Assembly: GCF_011386835.1 (NCBI RefSeq)
Contig: NC_088793.1
Location: 206,150,001 to 206,214,000 of the forward strand
Source of the DNA: Chrysemys picta bellii
Taxonomy: Eukaryota
DNA length: 64,000 nt
Direction of reading: 5' to 3'
Shown here in pieces: positions 60,680 through 64,000 of the stretch. The notes under the pieces are model-generated. The model had not been told where the DNA came from. It ran no database searches and was given only the letters and a program-made list of their open reading frames with translations. The position numbers and the translations under genes are program-made. Within the stretch, counting starts at the first letter, position 1. Every line of letters begins with the position of its first letter.

Positions 60680-61640
60680 ACAGTGCCCCTTTAAAAAGGA
60701 TTTAGGGGTCACGGTGGACCAGCAACTCGATGTGAGCTCCCAGTGCAACGCTGGGCCAAAAAGAGCTAATGCGACCCCAGCAGGTGTAAACCGGGGAGGA
60801 GGGAACAGGAGCGGGGATGTGATTTGACTCCATATACAGCCCTAGCGAGACTGAGGCTGGAATACAGCGTCCGGTTCTGGTGTCCACGTTTTAAGAAGGT
60901 TGAAAAATTGGAGAGGGGGCAGAGAAGAGCCACAAAACCAACAAGAGGCTTGGAGAAAATGCCTCACAGTGAGAGACTTAAAGCGCTCAGTCTGTTTAGC
61001 TGGTCAAAGAAGAGACTGCCGGGTGACTCGACTGTGGTGTCTACGTACCTCCATGGGGACAGAAGGGCTCTTTAACCCCCCCAGAGAAGGGCCGAACAAG
61101 AGCCAGCGTCTGGAAGCTGAAGCCAGACAAATTCAGATTAGAAATAAGGCCGGATTTTGAACAGTGAGGATGATCAACCCATGGAACATACTACCAAGGG
61201 AAGTGGTGGATTCTCCGGCCTGGTCCACACTAACCCCCCACTTCGGACTAAGGTACGTTAATAACGTAGCTGAATTCGAAGTACCTTAGTCCGAACTTAC
61301 CGTGGGTCCAGACGCGGCAGGCAGGCTCCCCCGTCGACTCCGCGTACTCCTCTCGCCGAGCTGGAGTACCGGCGTCGACGGCGAGCACTTCCGGGATCGA
61401 TCTGGGATCGATTTATTGCATCTAGACCAGAAGCGATAAATCGATCCCAGAACATCGATTGCCTGCCGCCGGACCCGGAGGTAAGTGTAGACGTACCCTC
61501 CATCTCTTCAAAGCAAGATGGAATCACTTTCTAGAAGTTGCTTTAGCTAAACCCAATCTATTAAACTCAATATTGGGGTCAACTTGGTGAAATTCTCTGG
61601 CCTGTGTTACACAGGAGGTCAGACTAGAGCAGTGGTTCTC
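60680..61640 (+). mobile_element. CR1 3' fragment interrupted by MITEs
   Basis: LGVTVDQQLDVSSQC, LEYSVRFWCP..KLERGQRRATK remnants. Confidence 0.85.
61217..61498. mobile_element. Harbinger-type MITE with internal palindromes
   Basis: TIRs ggcctggtccacacta / taagtgtagacgtaccc; 3-bp TSD TCC; CR1 restored on removal (gattctcc|atc). Confidence 0.85.
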
Positions 61641-62010
61641 GGCCGGGGGTACGCAGGGGTCACATCTACTCATCTAGATATTTGCCTAGTTTTACAACAG
61701 GCTACAGAAAAAGCACCAGCAAAGTCAGTACAAATTAACATTTCATACGATGACTTGTTTATACGGCTCTATATGCTATACACTGAAACGTAAGTACAAT
61801 ATTTATATTCCAGTTGATTTATTTTAATAATTCTATGGTAAAAATGAGAAAGTCAGCAATTTTTCAGTAAGTGTGTGGCTGTGACACTTTTGTATTTCTA
61901 TGTCTGATTTTGTAAGCAAGTCATTTTTAAGTGAGGTGAAATTGGGGGTGCACAAGACAAATCGGACTCCTGTAAGGGGTCCAGTAGTCTGGAAAGGTTG
62001 AGAGCCACTG
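61630..62010. mobile_element. hAT (Charlie-like) MITE
   Basis: TIRs cagtggttctc / gagagccactg; 8-bp TSD gactagag / gactagat. Confidence 0.88.
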
Positions 62011-62187
62011 GACTAGATGAGCTTGTGGTTCCCGTCTGGCCTTAAATGCTATGAATCGTTACTAGAATACCATGTCCAGTTCCAGCGTCCACACGTGAAG
62101 AAGGATGTTGCAAAAATAAAGAGGTCAGAGAAGAGCCATAAGAATGATCAACAGTCTGGAAAACATGCAAGCCTCTTAAAGAGCTTA

Positions 62188-62828
62188 GGCTCTGTCTACA
62201 CTTGCAGAGTTTTGGCGCTGTCCGTTTCACCGGCGATAGGGAACTGGGGAAAGAAAAGCGCTGGTTTGTGTCCTCACTCACTGCCTCAGGCGTCAGAGTG
62301 TGTTCACATCTGCAGCACTTCCGTGGCTGATGAGAGCAGCTATCCCACAGTGCAGCTCTCTCCAGGGTCCCTGCCCAGCCTCCTGTCCCCAAACACGGAT
62401 CAGCTCCGGTAACTCAGCATTGATCCAAGCAGGGGATCGTTTGCTCTGTGGAGCAGCCATTGTCACCTGGCCAGATAAGTGAGCACTTGCCAAGAAAACA
62501 GGAAGGGGAGTTTCAAAGCTCCCGGGGGTTTACAGGGGAGGGGTGGACGTCTGTTTAGCAGCAGAGCTGCTGGCCAGAGTGGTCACCTAGGCACTGTGGG
62601 AGATCCTCTGGAGGCTAAAAGCTCTGTAAACAGGAAAAACGTCTCTTCACTTGCACATCACTGCAAACGCATCACTGGTAAGAGCTGTATATGCCTCTCG
62701 GGGTTTTCTGTTTGCGGTGAAACTTCTGAGTTTCACCGCAAAAAGACATTAGCACGTGTAGACGCTCCCACGGTTTTTGCGCAAAAAATGGACTTTTTCC
62801 ACTTTAAATGGCAAGTGTAGGCATGCCC
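62188..62828 (-). mobile_element. Non-autonomous Harbinger element carrying a Myb/SANT-like gene fragment
   Basis: TIRs ggctctgtctacacttgc / gcaagtgtaggcatgccc; KRSPAWINAELPELIRVWGQE (62293-62493) resembles the Harbinger Myb protein N-terminus. Confidence 0.78.
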
Positions 62829-63259
62829 AGCCTCTATTTACCTTATTGAAAGGAAGGGTAAAAGGAGCCCTGATCATGGTCCGTAAGTTCTTACGCAGGG
62901 AGAAGGTATCATCCATCACTAGAGAGCTCGGTAATAGAAGGGCTTGTCTACATGCAGACTGCACAGGGTAAAGGTGTGATTTTAAACAAATATATTTAAA
63001 GCATTGCCAAAGCTGTGGGGCCACACTTATTCCAGTTTAAATCAGATTTATTTCAGGTAAACTAGCGTGAGTAGGAATAGATATAAGCTAAACTGAATTA
63101 AACCATGTGTAAACTGAAATAAGAGCATCCCCACAGGGGTTTGCAGCCGTTTCACTAAACCAGTTTTGAATTAAGCCAAAGCAAGCTGGTGTTCCGGCAA
63201 AGTTTAACTGACAGACATCACACGGGGCAGTGGCTGGCGGTCAGTGATGGAGAAAGCCA

Positions 63260-63470
63260 AACTGGAAATAGAAGCACGCTTTTCTAACTGAGAGGGTGAC
63301 TGAAGACTGAAACAGCTTACTCTCTGCCGCTTGGAGTCCTTACATCAAGACTGCATGTCTGTCTAAAAGATGCATCCTACTTCAACAACAAATCGTTGGG
63401 TTCAATGCAGGAATTACCGGGGCAATTCTCTACCATGTGTTACGCGGGAGGTCAGACTAGATGAACTATG
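63260..63470 (+). mobile_element. Old CR1 3' fragment
   Basis: ctaactgagagggtgac...gggaggtcagactagatga. Confidence 0.65.
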
Positions 63471-64000
63471 AAAAAGATTTTCAAAAGCAACTAAATTTTG
63501 GGTGCCTCGATTTTGGGGTGTTCAACTTAAGACACCTTGAAGGGATGTGATTTTCAGAAATTGTTGGGTACCCTGCCTAGAAAAGCCAGACCTTTTAAGG
63601 TGCTTCAAGATGAATCACCAGAAATGCAGACACCCAAAATTACTAAACAGCTTTTAAAACCTTAGCCTATCGAACTCCAAAAAAAAGCACACCGGTGCTT
63701 TTAAAACTTCTGAACCTACGTTGTTTTATTCATTCCTCTTGATTTTATATGCACCAAATTGCAGGTGGTTTCATTTGCAGCAAGTGCCAAAATATCAAAA
63801 CATGCTGGTTCTAGCAGTTAGTTCAGTTTAATTCTAACTAGAGAATATGTGCACGTTCTAGAGTATTAAAGGACATTTTACACCTATTGTTATCTAAACA
63901 CGTGTCCCATGCAGCTCTAAGTCATATCACTGACTGACAAGCTGTCATCCCTCCTACAGAACACGCAGAATTACTTTTCTCTTTAGGAAAACCCCTAGAA

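Noticed and set aside
59201-64000. Upstream CUL9 exons (CPH domain) or promoter
   Set aside because: No CPH-like translation or CpG island found; the region is dominated by repeats, so it was treated as intron

Overview
Vertebrate genomic DNA, most likely a turtle, judged from the tRNA-headed SINEs sharing a CR1 3' tail plus DIRS, Penelope-like, Gypsy-type solo LTR and hAT/Harbinger repeats. The main feature is CUL9 (PARC) on the minus strand. I traced 36 GT-AG coding exons from 59200 down to the stop at 21333-21335. Their phases chain into one open frame of 6161 nt (about 2050 aa) covering the ARM-like region, DOC/APC10, cullin, RING1-IBR-RING2, Ariadne and an acidic tail. I found none of the N-terminal exons (including CPH) in the window, so they presumably lie beyond 64000. 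The left 21 kb is mostly repeats, with weak evidence for the last exons of a minus-strand gene I could not identify. There are no prokaryote-type systems or CRISPR arrays. The most unusual signals are: (1) tandem duplications that copy CUL9 splice donors, two of them in frame; (2) a TDP-43-type cryptic-exon architecture; (3) a head-to-tail DIRS junction; (4) a Penelope-like palindrome with a target-site duplication. Repeat family names come from recalled consensus patterns, not database searches.
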